Below are positions 11,257-19,709 of a stretch of DNA of 64,000 bases, piece after piece; position 1 is the stretch's first letter; each line of letters starts with the position of its first letter. This stretch comes from a virus. The translations under genes were made by a program, and so were the position numbers. The notes under the pieces were generated by a model. The model was not told where the DNA came from, searched no databases, and was given only the letters and a program-made list of their open reading frames with translations. The DNA lies in the IMG/VR virus record IMGVR_UViG_3300045988_182687, positions 71,005-135,004 of that record; one strand, written 5' to 3'.

Positions 11257-12405
11257 ATGAAAAAGATGAAGAATTTTATCGCCCTGCTGCTGGCTCTGGT
11301 GATGACCATGAGTTTGATGGCCTGCGGCAACAAGACTGACGAGGAGACCAAGACCGGAGAGGACATCGGCTGCTACGTACAGACGACTGAGACCGGAGAG
11401 AAGGTTCTGGTGGATAAGGACGGCAACGCCGTGACCGACTACACGCTGGACGACGAAGGCAATGTGGTGGACACGCAGGGCGTGGTGGTCGTCAAGGCGG
11501 CGGACATCACGGCTTACGAGAAGTCCGAGGAAAAGGATGCGGAGAACAAGACCGACGCATCCGAGGCAGATACTCAGAAGCCTGAGGATACTGCGAAGCC
11601 CGATGGCGAGAACAAGTCCGACGCACAGAAGACGGACACCAAGGTGGATAACACTAAGAAGGACGAGACCAAGAAGGATGATGCCAAGCAGGAAACTCAG
11701 AAGCCCGCTGACAACAAGCAGGACACCACGAAGCCTGAGACCAAGCCCGAAACGAAGCCTGAGGTTAAGCCGGAGCCCCAGAAGCCCGCAACGCCCAGTT
11801 ACGATAATGGTTCTCTGACCACCGCACAGGTGAAGGAGCTCCAGCGCTGGTACGGCGTAAGCGCGGACGGTCAGTGGGGTGCAGGCTCCAAGAAGGCCGC
11901 CGGTGGCCGCACCGCTGATGAGGCGTGGGCATACTACCAGAGCAACAAGCAGATTACCACCCCCGAAACCCCCTCTGGCGGCAACACTGGTAACACTGGA
12001 AACACTGGAAACACTGGCAGCACCGGTTCCACAGGCGGTGGTTCCACGACGCCTACCCCTCCTTCTGAGCCCGCCAAGCCCACCAAGGCGGACATTGACT
12101 GCGCGGCTGCTATTGCAACAGGGAATGCTTACGCAGAAAGCATCGGTTTTGAGATTTGGAATGGATGCCGCAGCCATTTCCCTCCGATTTATCTGGAGCG
12201 CGATTGCCCTGAATCTTGCTGGAATCAGGAATGGGTTGATGCCACAATCAAGCAGGCTGTTGACTATGTGAAGAGTTCTCTTGAGAACTGTGGTCGTTTT
12301 TATGCACACGTGGACGGAAAGGAAGGTGAAGCATCTGCCGTGAATTGTTCTGTTCGGTGGAATGCTTCTGCTGGATACCACGAGATTTATGTTTATTATG
12401 CATAA
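11257..12405 (+). CDS. Lipoprotein with a low-complexity K/D/E/T/P-rich linker, a GNTGNTG repeat, a peptidoglycan-binding-like motif and a Cys-rich C-terminal domain
   Basis: AAAGGA ribosome-binding site 8 nt before the ATG. Signal peptide ends in lipobox L-M-A-C. 'LTTAQVKELQRWYGVSADGQWG' resembles the PG_binding_1 motif. The listed ORF starts 21 nt earlier at an in-frame ATG that has no ribosome-binding site. Confidence 0.6.
   Translation: MKKMKNFIALLLALVMTMSLMACGNKTDEETKTGEDIGCYVQTTETGEKVLVDKDGNAVTDYTLDDEGNVVDTQGVVVVKAADITAYEKSEEKDAENKTDASEADTQKPEDTAKPDGENKSDAQKTDTKVDNTKKDETKKDDAKQETQKPADNKQDTTKPETKPETKPEVKPEPQKPATPSYDNGSLTTAQVKELQRWYGVSADGQWGAGSKKAAGGRTADEAWAYYQSNKQITTPETPSGGNTGNTGNTGNTGSTGSTGGGSTTPTPPSEPAKPTKADIDCAAAIATGNAYAESIGFEIWNGCRSHFPPIYLERDCPESCWNQEWVDATIKQAVDYVKSSLENCGRFYAHVDGKEGEASAVNCSVRWNASAGYHEIYVYYA
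11980..12050. repeat. Tandem 9-bp repeats (ggNaacact) encoding (GNT)n(GST)n
   Basis: ggcaacact ggtaacact ggaaacact ggaaacact ggcagcacc ggttccaca. A slipped-strand-prone microsatellite inside the lipoprotein gene. Confidence 0.6.
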
Positions 12406-12423
12406 AAGGAAATAATATTGAAG

Positions 12424-12457
12424 AAGGCAACGGGTTATCCGTTGCCTTCTTTTTTTA
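12424..12457 (+). terminator. Rho-independent terminator after the lipoprotein gene
   Basis: aggcaacgg/ccgttgcct stem plus a T-run. Confidence 0.75.
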
Positions 12458-12650
12458 TGAAAAAGAAACTTCTTGAAAATTTGCGAGTCCGGATGTGTTG
12501 ACAATATGCTTGAATATGCTACCATGAAAACATGGAGGGCAATCCGCCTCCTTACATTATTCGTTTTGAGTTGGCAATAATAAGAAACGGATAAATATAA
12601 GAAGGCTGGTTTTCTCTAAATAATTTCATTGAAAGGAGACAAAAAATACC

Positions 12651-15600
12651 ATGAAACACAAGAAGATGCGTGGCGTTGTTGCAATGCTGTTGACGCTGGT
12701 GATGATGGTCGGAATGCTTCCCACATCCGTGTATGCGTCGGATGCGGATGGCGGCGGCGATTCGGTCGTTCTCGAAAGTGTTTCTGACCCTGCGAAGGTT
12801 GGAAAGACTGGTTCTGGCAACGGCGATTTGGTCTACAACGCCACAGAAGACGCGAAGAATCCCGATGACGGTAAGAAGTCCGATTCTCCCGTCGTTGAGG
12901 ATGATGTTAAGGGAGGTGCCGATAAGAAGGACACCTCCAAAGAGAGCTCCTCTGAAAACGAGCAGCCTGCTCCGGGTGAAGCTAAATCTGAAGCTGGTAA
13001 GGATGAGTCTGTCAAATCTTCCGTGACGGAGGAGGGCCTTCAGGACCCCTACGCTGGAGAGAATACTCCCGTGAACGTTTCCTTCCTTTACGGGTCTGCA
13101 CAGAACGCCCCCAGAGCTATCAGCGCAATGAGGGCTCCCGCTCGCGCATCGGGCACCATTACGACCGGTGACGACATGGGTTATAACAGCAAGTGGATGG
13201 CTGAGTTCGCACCCTATTCCAGTGCCGTTGTAAAATATTTCAACGGCCAGCCGGCGTACTGTATTGAACCCCACAAGGGTGCCCCCGGCGCGGGAACTTC
13301 CGTTGACGCCAGCGCGTATTGGGGAGACCAGCGGGTTCGTCTTGCTTTGGCTTATGGCTGGGGTGGCGCAGATGACTCGACGTTGCTCTGGTATGCTGGC
13401 AACGGCACCTATGCTTGGTGCGCCACACAGGAAGTTATCTGGGAAATCGTCGGCGGCTACAGTGACCTGAGTGACCTGTTTGTGGGTCCCGGTCATCAGT
13501 ATGACCCTGAAGTTGCTGAACCTATCAAGGCAGCACACGATTATATCTGGGACATGATTAACCAGCAGGCACAGATTCCAAGTTTCGCTGTTGGCAGACC
13601 TACTCAGACATATAACGATTTCGAGTTGGTATGGGACGGCACTTCTTGGTCGTTGACAAGAACCGACACCAACAGAGTCCTGAGAAATTTTGACGACTTC
13701 GAGTTCAGCCTGCCCGGTGTGAGCACCTTCCAGAGTGGAAACAATCTTACGATTACAGCCACGCCGGAAGCCGCTAAGAGTATGTTGAACGGCATTGTAT
13801 CGTACCCCACCGAGGGCAATGTGATTGACCCTGATAGCGTCAACGCTTACCTTCTCGTCGCGGGTGGCAGCAAGCAGGATTGCGTTGCTCTTAACGGCAC
13901 CCCCGACCCTGTTACTGCCTACGTCCGCGCCAAGGTCACAAAGACTACCGGCGATTTGAACATTGCCAAGACTTCCGAGGATGGCAAGGTAGGCGGCGTG
14001 AGTTTCACGGTCACGGGCCCCAACGGTTACAGCAAGACTGTGACCACTGGTGCAAACGGTAAGATTGCCATTACCGATTTGCAGCCCGGTACTTATACCG
14101 TAACGGAGAATACACCCGACAATTACATCCCGACGCAGCCCCAGTCCGTAAACATCGCAATCGGCGATTTTAAGACGGTGAACTTCAGCAACGTGCTGAA
14201 GAAGGGCGCCGTAAAGGTGACTAAGACCTCAGAGGATGGTCAGATTGCTGGTCACACCTTCCGTCTGTCCGGCACTTCCGCAGCAGGTACGGCTGTCAAT
14301 ATGACGGCTGTTACGGATGCCAACGGCGTGGCTACCTTCAATAATGTTCCTGTGGGCAACAACTATAAGCTGGAGGAAATCAACACCGCAGCGAAGTATG
14401 TTGTTCCTGCGGTGCAGGCTGGCGTGGTGGTTGAGTACAACACCAGCACCCCCGCTCAGTTTGAGAACAAGCTGGCTCGCGGCAATCTGAAAATCACGAA
14501 GACCTCCGAGGATGGCTTCGTGGCAGGCATGACCTTCCGGCTGACCGGTACGTCTATCTCCGGTGCAGCAGTCAATGAAACTGCTTCTACCGACGAGAAC
14601 GGTGTCGTCATGTTCAGAGAAATCCTTATCGGTAATAACTATACCGTACAGGAAATCAACACCGCCGAGCGGTACGTTGTTCCCGCTGTCCAGAGCAATG
14701 TGACCGTCACGCTCAACAACACCACCAGCTTGAACTTCCATAATAAGCTGGCTCGCGGCGCCGTTGAGGTTAAGAAGACCTCCGAGGACGGCAAGGTCGC
14801 TGGTATCACGTTCCGTCTGTCCGGTACTGCTATCAACGGCGAGACGGTGGATATGACCGCCGTGACCAATGACGCCGGAGTTGCCACCTTCAACAACGTT
14901 CTGATTGGCAACAACTACAGCGTTGAGGAAATGAACACGGCTGCCAAGTATATCGTTCCCGCTGTGACAAACGGCGTGAAGGTTACTCTGGATAACACCA
15001 CCCCCGTGAATGTCTACAACAAGCTCAAGCGCGGCGACCTGCGCGTTACCAAGACCTCTGAGGACGGCATGGTCGAGGGCATCACCTTCCGGCTGCATGG
15101 AACTGCCATCTCCGGCGATGCTGTTGACCTGACTGCTACCACTAACGCTGACGGTATTGCCATCTTCAAGGATGTCCTGATTGGCAACAACTACACGCTG
15201 GAGGAAGTCGATACGGCGGTGAAGTATGTTATTCCTGCCGTGCAGACAGGTCTCGTTGTGGAGTTCCAGAAAGTTACCGACACCGCTGTGACCAACGTAC
15301 TGAAGAAGTGGAAGGTCACTGTGGAGAAGACGGACGCCGAGACTGGCAACATCCCTCGCGGCGATGGTGTCTTTGAGGGTGCTGTGTACGGTCTCTATAA
15401 GGGTGACGAGCTGGTGAAGGAGTACGTTATCGGCAGCGACGGCAAGTTTACCACTGACGAGTACATCTGTGGCTATGATTACACCATCCGTGAAATCAAG
15501 GCGCCCACTGGCTATCAGATTGATGAGGGCGTGTATCACGTTGGCGCCGAGCCGGAGAACTACCGTATCGAACACAACGTTGCTCCCCAGATTACCTCTG

Positions 15601-18317
15601 TCGAGGTCATCAATCGCGGCACATTCGCCATCACCAAGTTCATCTCCGACGGAACCTCCGGTCCCGCTAAGTTCGAGGGCGGTGCAGAGTTCAAGTATTG
15701 GCTGCAGTCCGCCGGCTCTTACGAGAACGCTAAGGATGACGAGCGCGGTATCCTGACGACCAACGACTTGGGCTACAGCGGCAAGTCCATCGAGCTGCCC
15801 TACGGCACCTATGTGGTGCATCAGACCAAGTCCGGCGATAAGGGTGCGGGGCTCGCGCCTGAGTTCACCGTTCTGGTCGGCGAGGTTGACCACGACCATC
15901 ACGACTTGGCTGTCAACAACGGACCTATTACCGCGTACCTGCGCGTTGTGAAGGTCGATGAGCTTGACGGCGAGGTTATTCCTTGGGGCGGCGCGAAGTT
16001 CCAGATTTACGACCCTGACGGGAACAAGGTGTCCCAGAAGGTCACTTACCCCACGGTAACTTATATTGATACATTCGAGACCAATGATGAGGGTTATTTT
16101 GTGACCCCGCTGGTTCTGCCTTACGGCGAGAACTATCATCTGGTCGAAATCGTACCCCCGAAGGGTTATGAGCTGATGGATACCCCGATTACCTTCAGCG
16201 TTACGCCCGATACCATTTCTCTGGATGCCGAGACCGGTCTGGTGACTGTGAATATCATCGCCGAGGACGAGGCGGTGACTCCCAAGGTCAAGACTACTGC
16301 AACCGACAAGGAAGGCAACAAGGAAATCGTTCCGTCCACCACCGTCACTATCGTCGATAAGGTGGAATGCACCGACGTTATCCCCAACAAGACCTATACG
16401 GTCGAGGGATATCTGGTGGTTAAGTCCACCGGCGAGCCTCTGCTGGACGCCGAGGGTAATCGCATTACCGCCTCTAAGACCTTCAAGGCTGAGGCCGACT
16501 TCACTGGCTTTGTGGAGCTGGAGTTCACCTTTGATGCGTCTCTGCTGGGTGGCGAGTCCATCGTTGTTTTCGAGGACCTGAAGCGCGGAAACCGTGTCGT
16601 TGCTACCCATGCCGACATCAACGATGTTGACCAGACCGTTGTAATCCTGAACCCCAAGATTGGCACCATGGCCAAGAACGTTGTTGGCGGCAAGGAGTTC
16701 ATGCCTCTGGCTGATGTGATTCTGGTGGATACCATCTCCTACGAGAATATGCCCGTGGGTAAGGAGTTCATCGCTATCGGTACGCTGATGGATAAGGCCA
16801 CCGGCAAGCCCGTTACCGATGCCAACGGCGACCCCGTTACCTCTTACAAGGTGTTCACTCCCGAAGCTGCCACTGGTACGGTGGATGTGAAGTTCGTCTT
16901 TGACGCTTCCAAGCTGGCCGGCAAGTCTCTGGTGGTATTCGAGCGTGTGTATCTGGGCAACGAGATTGTTCCCGGCGACTCCAATAAACCCGTGTTTGTG
17001 AGTCACGAGGATATCAACGATGAGGGGCAGACCGTCACCATCGGCGTTCCCGAAATCGGTACAAAGGCCGTGAACAACGCCACCAACGGCAAGACCCTCG
17101 ACCCCGAAGCCCGCGCTGAAATCAAGGATACCGTGTCCTATAAGGGCCTGATTGCTGGCGAGAAGTACACTGTCTCCGGTAAGCTGATGAACAAGGCCAC
17201 CAACGAGCCCCTGAAGGATAAGGACGGAAAGGAAATTACCTCCTCCGTTACTTTCACCGCTGAGGCGTCCAATGGCACCGTTGACGTGTTCTTCGTGCTC
17301 GATGCATCTCTGCTGCGTGGCCAGTCTATCGTTGTATTCGAGTCCCTGCAGTACAAGGACATTGAAATCGCAGTTCATGCCGACATCAACGATGTTGACC
17401 AGACCGTGACCGTCAACAGCCCTGAAATCAAGACCACCGCTAAGAACGCGGCTGATGGCAAGAAGGAATTCTGGGCCTACAGCAAGGTCGAGTTGGTCGA
17501 TACCGTGTCCTATAAGGGCCTGATTGCCGGCAATAAGTACACCGTAATCGGTAAGCTGATGGACAAGGCGACAGGTGAGCCTGTTCTGGGCCGCAACAAC
17601 AAGGAAATCACCGCCACTACCGAGTTCGAGGCCAAATCCTCTGACGGCACTGTGGATGTGAGTTTCGTGTTTGATGCATCCATTCTGGGCGGTAAGACGC
17701 TGGTCGTGTTCGAGACCCTGACCCGCAATGGCACTACGGTCGCGACTCACGCCGACATCAACGATGTTGACCAGACTGTGACCATCAAGCGCATCCCGAC
17801 CTATTCCGGTCCGAGCATTTCCACCACCGCTACCTTCGATGGCAAGGAGAAGAAGAACTCTGTTGCTGGTAAGAACGTGAAAATCGTGGACACCGTCAAC
17901 TATACCGGCCTGACTGTGGGCAAGACCTACGTGCTGGTTGGTACGCTGATGGATAAGGATTCCGGTGTTGCCCTCAAGGACAATAAGGGTAATCTGGTAA
18001 CGGCTACCACGACCTTTACGCCCAAGTCCTCCAACGGGGCTGTGAATGTTACGTTCAAGTTCGACGCATCCAAGCTGAAGGACCATGCGCTCGTGGTGTT
18101 CGAGACTCTGTATGAGGGTCGTGCTGAGGCGGGTAATGTCATTGCTACCCACAACGACCTGATGGACGGTGCCCAGACGGTGTATTTCCGCGACAGTGTC
18201 CAGACTGGCGATGAGGGCATCGGCCTGTGGGCCATGCTGGGTACGTTCGGTGCCATTGCTTGCTGCGGCACTGCGGTGTTCATGTTCCGCCGCAAGAAGG
18301 AGTATGGCGCCGAGTAA
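12651..18317 (+). CDS. Second sortase-anchored adhesin of the thioester/isopeptide/ester-domain class: signal peptide, acidic linker, thioester-type domain, Cna B-type repeats, 5 ester-bond domains, SVQTG sorting signal
   Basis: GAAAGGAGA ribosome-binding site. Signal peptide MKHKKMRGVVAMLLTLVMMVGMLPTSVYA. Same YCIEP/TQEVIW thioester-type motifs as adhesin 1. VTKTSEDG-type repeats. Five H-A-D-I-N-D-V-D-Q-T-V type motifs. C-terminus is VQTGDEG + hydrophobic helix + RRKKEYGAE. Confidence 0.85.
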   Translation: MKHKKMRGVVAMLLTLVMMVGMLPTSVYASDADGGGDSVVLESVSDPAKVGKTGSGNGDLVYNATEDAKNPDDGKKSDSPVVEDDVKGGADKKDTSKESSSENEQPAPGEAKSEAGKDESVKSSVTEEGLQDPYAGENTPVNVSFLYGSAQNAPRAISAMRAPARASGTITTGDDMGYNSKWMAEFAPYSSAVVKYFNGQPAYCIEPHKGAPGAGTSVDASAYWGDQRVRLALAYGWGGADDSTLLWYAGNGTYAWCATQEVIWEIVGGYSDLSDLFVGPGHQYDPEVAEPIKAAHDYIWDMINQQAQIPSFAVGRPTQTYNDFELVWDGTSWSLTRTDTNRVLRNFDDFEFSLPGVSTFQSGNNLTITATPEAAKSMLNGIVSYPTEGNVIDPDSVNAYLLVAGGSKQDCVALNGTPDPVTAYVRAKVTKTTGDLNIAKTSEDGKVGGVSFTVTGPNGYSKTVTTGANGKIAITDLQPGTYTVTENTPDNYIPTQPQSVNIAIGDFKTVNFSNVLKKGAVKVTKTSEDGQIAGHTFRLSGTSAAGTAVNMTAVTDANGVATFNNVPVGNNYKLEEINTAAKYVVPAVQAGVVVEYNTSTPAQFENKLARGNLKITKTSEDGFVAGMTFRLTGTSISGAAVNETASTDENGVVMFREILIGNNYTVQEINTAERYVVPAVQSNVTVTLNNTTSLNFHNKLARGAVEVKKTSEDGKVAGITFRLSGTAINGETVDMTAVTNDAGVATFNNVLIGNNYSVEEMNTAAKYIVPAVTNGVKVTLDNTTPVNVYNKLKRGDLRVTKTSEDGMVEGITFRLHGTAISGDAVDLTATTNADGIAIFKDVLIGNNYTLEEVDTAVKYVIPAVQTGLVVEFQKVTDTAVTNVLKKWKVTVEKTDAETGNIPRGDGVFEGAVYGLYKGDELVKEYVIGSDGKFTTDEYICGYDYTIREIKAPTGYQIDEGVYHVGAEPENYRIEHNVAPQITSVEVINRGTFAITKFISDGTSGPAKFEGGAEFKYWLQSAGSYENAKDDERGILTTNDLGYSGKSIELPYGTYVVHQTKSGDKGAGLAPEFTVLVGEVDHDHHDLAVNNGPITAYLRVVKVDELDGEVIPWGGAKFQIYDPDGNKVSQKVTYPTVTYIDTFETNDEGYFVTPLVLPYGENYHLVEIVPPKGYELMDTPITFSVTPDTISLDAETGLVTVNIIAEDEAVTPKVKTTATDKEGNKEIVPSTTVTIVDKVECTDVIPNKTYTVEGYLVVKSTGEPLLDAEGNRITASKTFKAEADFTGFVELEFTFDASLLGGESIVVFEDLKRGNRVVATHADINDVDQTVVILNPKIGTMAKNVVGGKEFMPLADVILVDTISYENMPVGKEFIAIGTLMDKATGKPVTDANGDPVTSYKVFTPEAATGTVDVKFVFDASKLAGKSLVVFERVYLGNEIVPGDSNKPVFVSHEDINDEGQTVTIGVPEIGTKAVNNATNGKTLDPEARAEIKDTVSYKGLIAGEKYTVSGKLMNKATNEPLKDKDGKEITSSVTFTAEASNGTVDVFFVLDASLLRGQSIVVFESLQYKDIEIAVHADINDVDQTVTVNSPEIKTTAKNAADGKKEFWAYSKVELVDTVSYKGLIAGNKYTVIGKLMDKATGEPVLGRNNKEITATTEFEAKSSDGTVDVSFVFDASILGGKTLVVFETLTRNGTTVATHADINDVDQTVTIKRIPTYSGPSISTTATFDGKEKKNSVAGKNVKIVDTVNYTGLTVGKTYVLVGTLMDKDSGVALKDNKGNLVTATTTFTPKSSNGAVNVTFKFDASKLKDHALVVFETLYEGRAEAGNVIATHNDLMDGAQTVYFRDSVQTGDEGIGLWAMLGTFGAIACCGTAVFMFRRKKEYGAE
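13131..13692. repeat. Copy B of the duplicated thioester-domain coding segment (pairs with 45-605)
   Basis: See 45-605. 13258-13637 appear identical to 171-549. Confidence 0.8.
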
Positions 18318-18355
18318 GCAGCTCATCATGTGGTGAGTAAACCCCAAAGTGAATG

Positions 18356-18395
18356 CAGGGGGCGCAGACCTTGTGCCTGCGCCCTCTGCTTTTAC
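18356..18395 (+). terminator. Rho-independent terminator after adhesin 2
   Basis: cagggggcgcag/ctgcgccctctg stem plus TTTT. Confidence 0.7.
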
Positions 18396-18443
18396 AAATA
18401 TAACAGTAGGGGAGAGCACCTCCCCGGAAAGAGAGAAAAGGAA

Positions 18444-18782
18444 ATGAAATACTGTAATAATTGTGGCAAAGAGGTTTCTGATAACGCTGTTGTTTGTCCT
18501 TTCTGCGGCTGCGCCGTGGCGAGCAAGAATGTCGAGGTGGACAAGCCTTCTACCGGTCTGAACGTCCTGTCGTTTCTCATCCCGCTGGTTGGCCTGATTC
18601 TGTATCTGTCGTGGCAGAATTCGACCCCCATTAAGGCGAAGGCGGTAGGGAAGTGGGCGCTAATTGGATTCTGCGTGGCAGTCGGTCTGAGCATCCTTGG
18701 CACCATCCTTTCCGGCGCACTGATTTCCAGTGTAGTTGGTGGATGGTATTCTGCTGTTGACACGGCATCAGTGTTTAGCTGA
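18444..18782 (+). CDS. Zinc-ribbon / transmembrane small membrane protein
   Basis: AAAGGA ribosome-binding site. MKYCNNCGKEV...CPFCGC zinc ribbon followed by two hydrophobic helices. The upstream part of the listed ORF overlaps the adhesin terminator. Confidence 0.55.
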   Translation: MKYCNNCGKEVSDNAVVCPFCGCAVASKNVEVDKPSTGLNVLSFLIPLVGLILYLSWQNSTPIKAKAVGKWALIGFCVAVGLSILGTILSGALISSVVGGWYSAVDTASVFS

Positions 18783-18826
18783 GATTTTGACTTCCGGCAG
18801 GAAAGTTAAAAATGCTTTATCTAAAA

Positions 18827-18855
18827 AGAGGAGAGGGAAGGCCCTCTCCTCTTTC
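18827..18855 (+). terminator. Hairpin / weak terminator
   Basis: agaggagaggg/ccctctcctct stem with a weak T tail. Confidence 0.35.
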
Positions 18856-18877
18856 AACAATACAAAAAGGTGAAAAA

Positions 18878-19600
18878 ATGGGGAAAAAAGCAAAACAAAA
18901 CGAGGCGGGTTACGACAACAATGGGAACAAGGTCGAGGCTAAGACGAGCGTTCTCCTGTGCGTTTTCGTACTGGCTGTAGTTGTTCTCGCTGGGATTTTA
19001 CTTATCCTTTTGGCCGACTGCTACGGGTGGTTTACTTTCTTAGAAAAGTCCCTGAATGCGGCAGGTCAGTTCTTGAAGCGTAATTGGATGAACATATGGA
19101 TAGGGCTTATATCTGTAGCACTTCTGCTCTGTTATCTTTCTCTCGAAATAGGCGGCGCAGTTTTCGCCAAGAAGCGTCGTCGTGAAATTGAGGCAAATGT
19201 AGTGGGAAGTGTTCCAATTTCACGTAAAGATTTTCTGCGTGATTGGGATTCTGCACCCAGCCGGAGGGGGAAAAATGCGTGTCTCGATGGAACTTCGTTT
19301 GGTTATAAATATGTCTTTTGTTCAGGAGTGTATGTGATTGCGGAGGTGGATGAATTGAATTGTTGTCTCGATGCGGTATTCATTGGTTCGTCCTCTGTCG
19401 GAGCGTGCTGCTCACGGGCGTATGCTCATCTCTCATGCAAGGATGCAGCTTCTGTCTCTGTGAGTGAAGCTGTTCATGCCGGACGTGAGCTTTATGTTGT
19501 GTTTGTTCCGTGTCAGGCAGAGTATGTAAACGAAGTGAAAGGCACTGTTAAAACATATCTTGAGAGAGCTTCTGAGCTCATAGGACTTGAAAACAGGTAG
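18878..19600 (+). CDS. Hypothetical membrane protein (2 TM helices, Cys-rich C-terminal part)
   Basis: AAGGTGA ribosome-binding site. In-frame ATG (MGKKAKQNE) downstream of the hairpin. Confidence 0.45.
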   Translation: MGKKAKQNEAGYDNNGNKVEAKTSVLLCVFVLAVVVLAGILLILLADCYGWFTFLEKSLNAAGQFLKRNWMNIWIGLISVALLLCYLSLEIGGAVFAKKRRREIEANVVGSVPISRKDFLRDWDSAPSRRGKNACLDGTSFGYKYVFCSGVYVIAEVDELNCCLDAVFIGSSSVGACCSRAYAHLSCKDAASVSVSEAVHAGRELYVVFVPCQAEYVNEVKGTVKTYLERASELIGLENR

Positions 19601-19649
19601 ATTCTTTATCACGGATGACTTTCGGGATAAAAAAGTTTTCGCAAAACAC

Positions 19650-19680
19650 GCTGGTTTTCCGACTTCCCACATGGTAGAAT
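19650..19680 (+). promoter_or_regulatory. Putative promoter with extended -10 (TGgTAGAAT)
   Basis: catgGTAGAAT about 30 nt upstream of the 19710 gene ribosome-binding site. The -35 is weak. Confidence 0.4.
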
Positions 19681-19709
19681 AATTGAAAACAAAGAAAAGG
19701 AGTTTTCAA

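Noticed and set aside
11203-12525. 440-aa minus-strand ORF opposite the lipoprotein gene
   Set aside because: Low-complexity Arg/Leu/Gly-rich translation of the antisense of a K/D/E/T-rich linker. The sense gene has a signal peptide, lipobox and ribosome-binding site.
12498-12530. Promoter for adhesin 2 (TTGACA at 12498)
   Set aside because: The -35 hexamer is perfect but no acceptable -10 lies at 16-18 bp. Left uncalled. The roughly 150-nt 5' UTR before the 12651 ribosome-binding site is unexplained.
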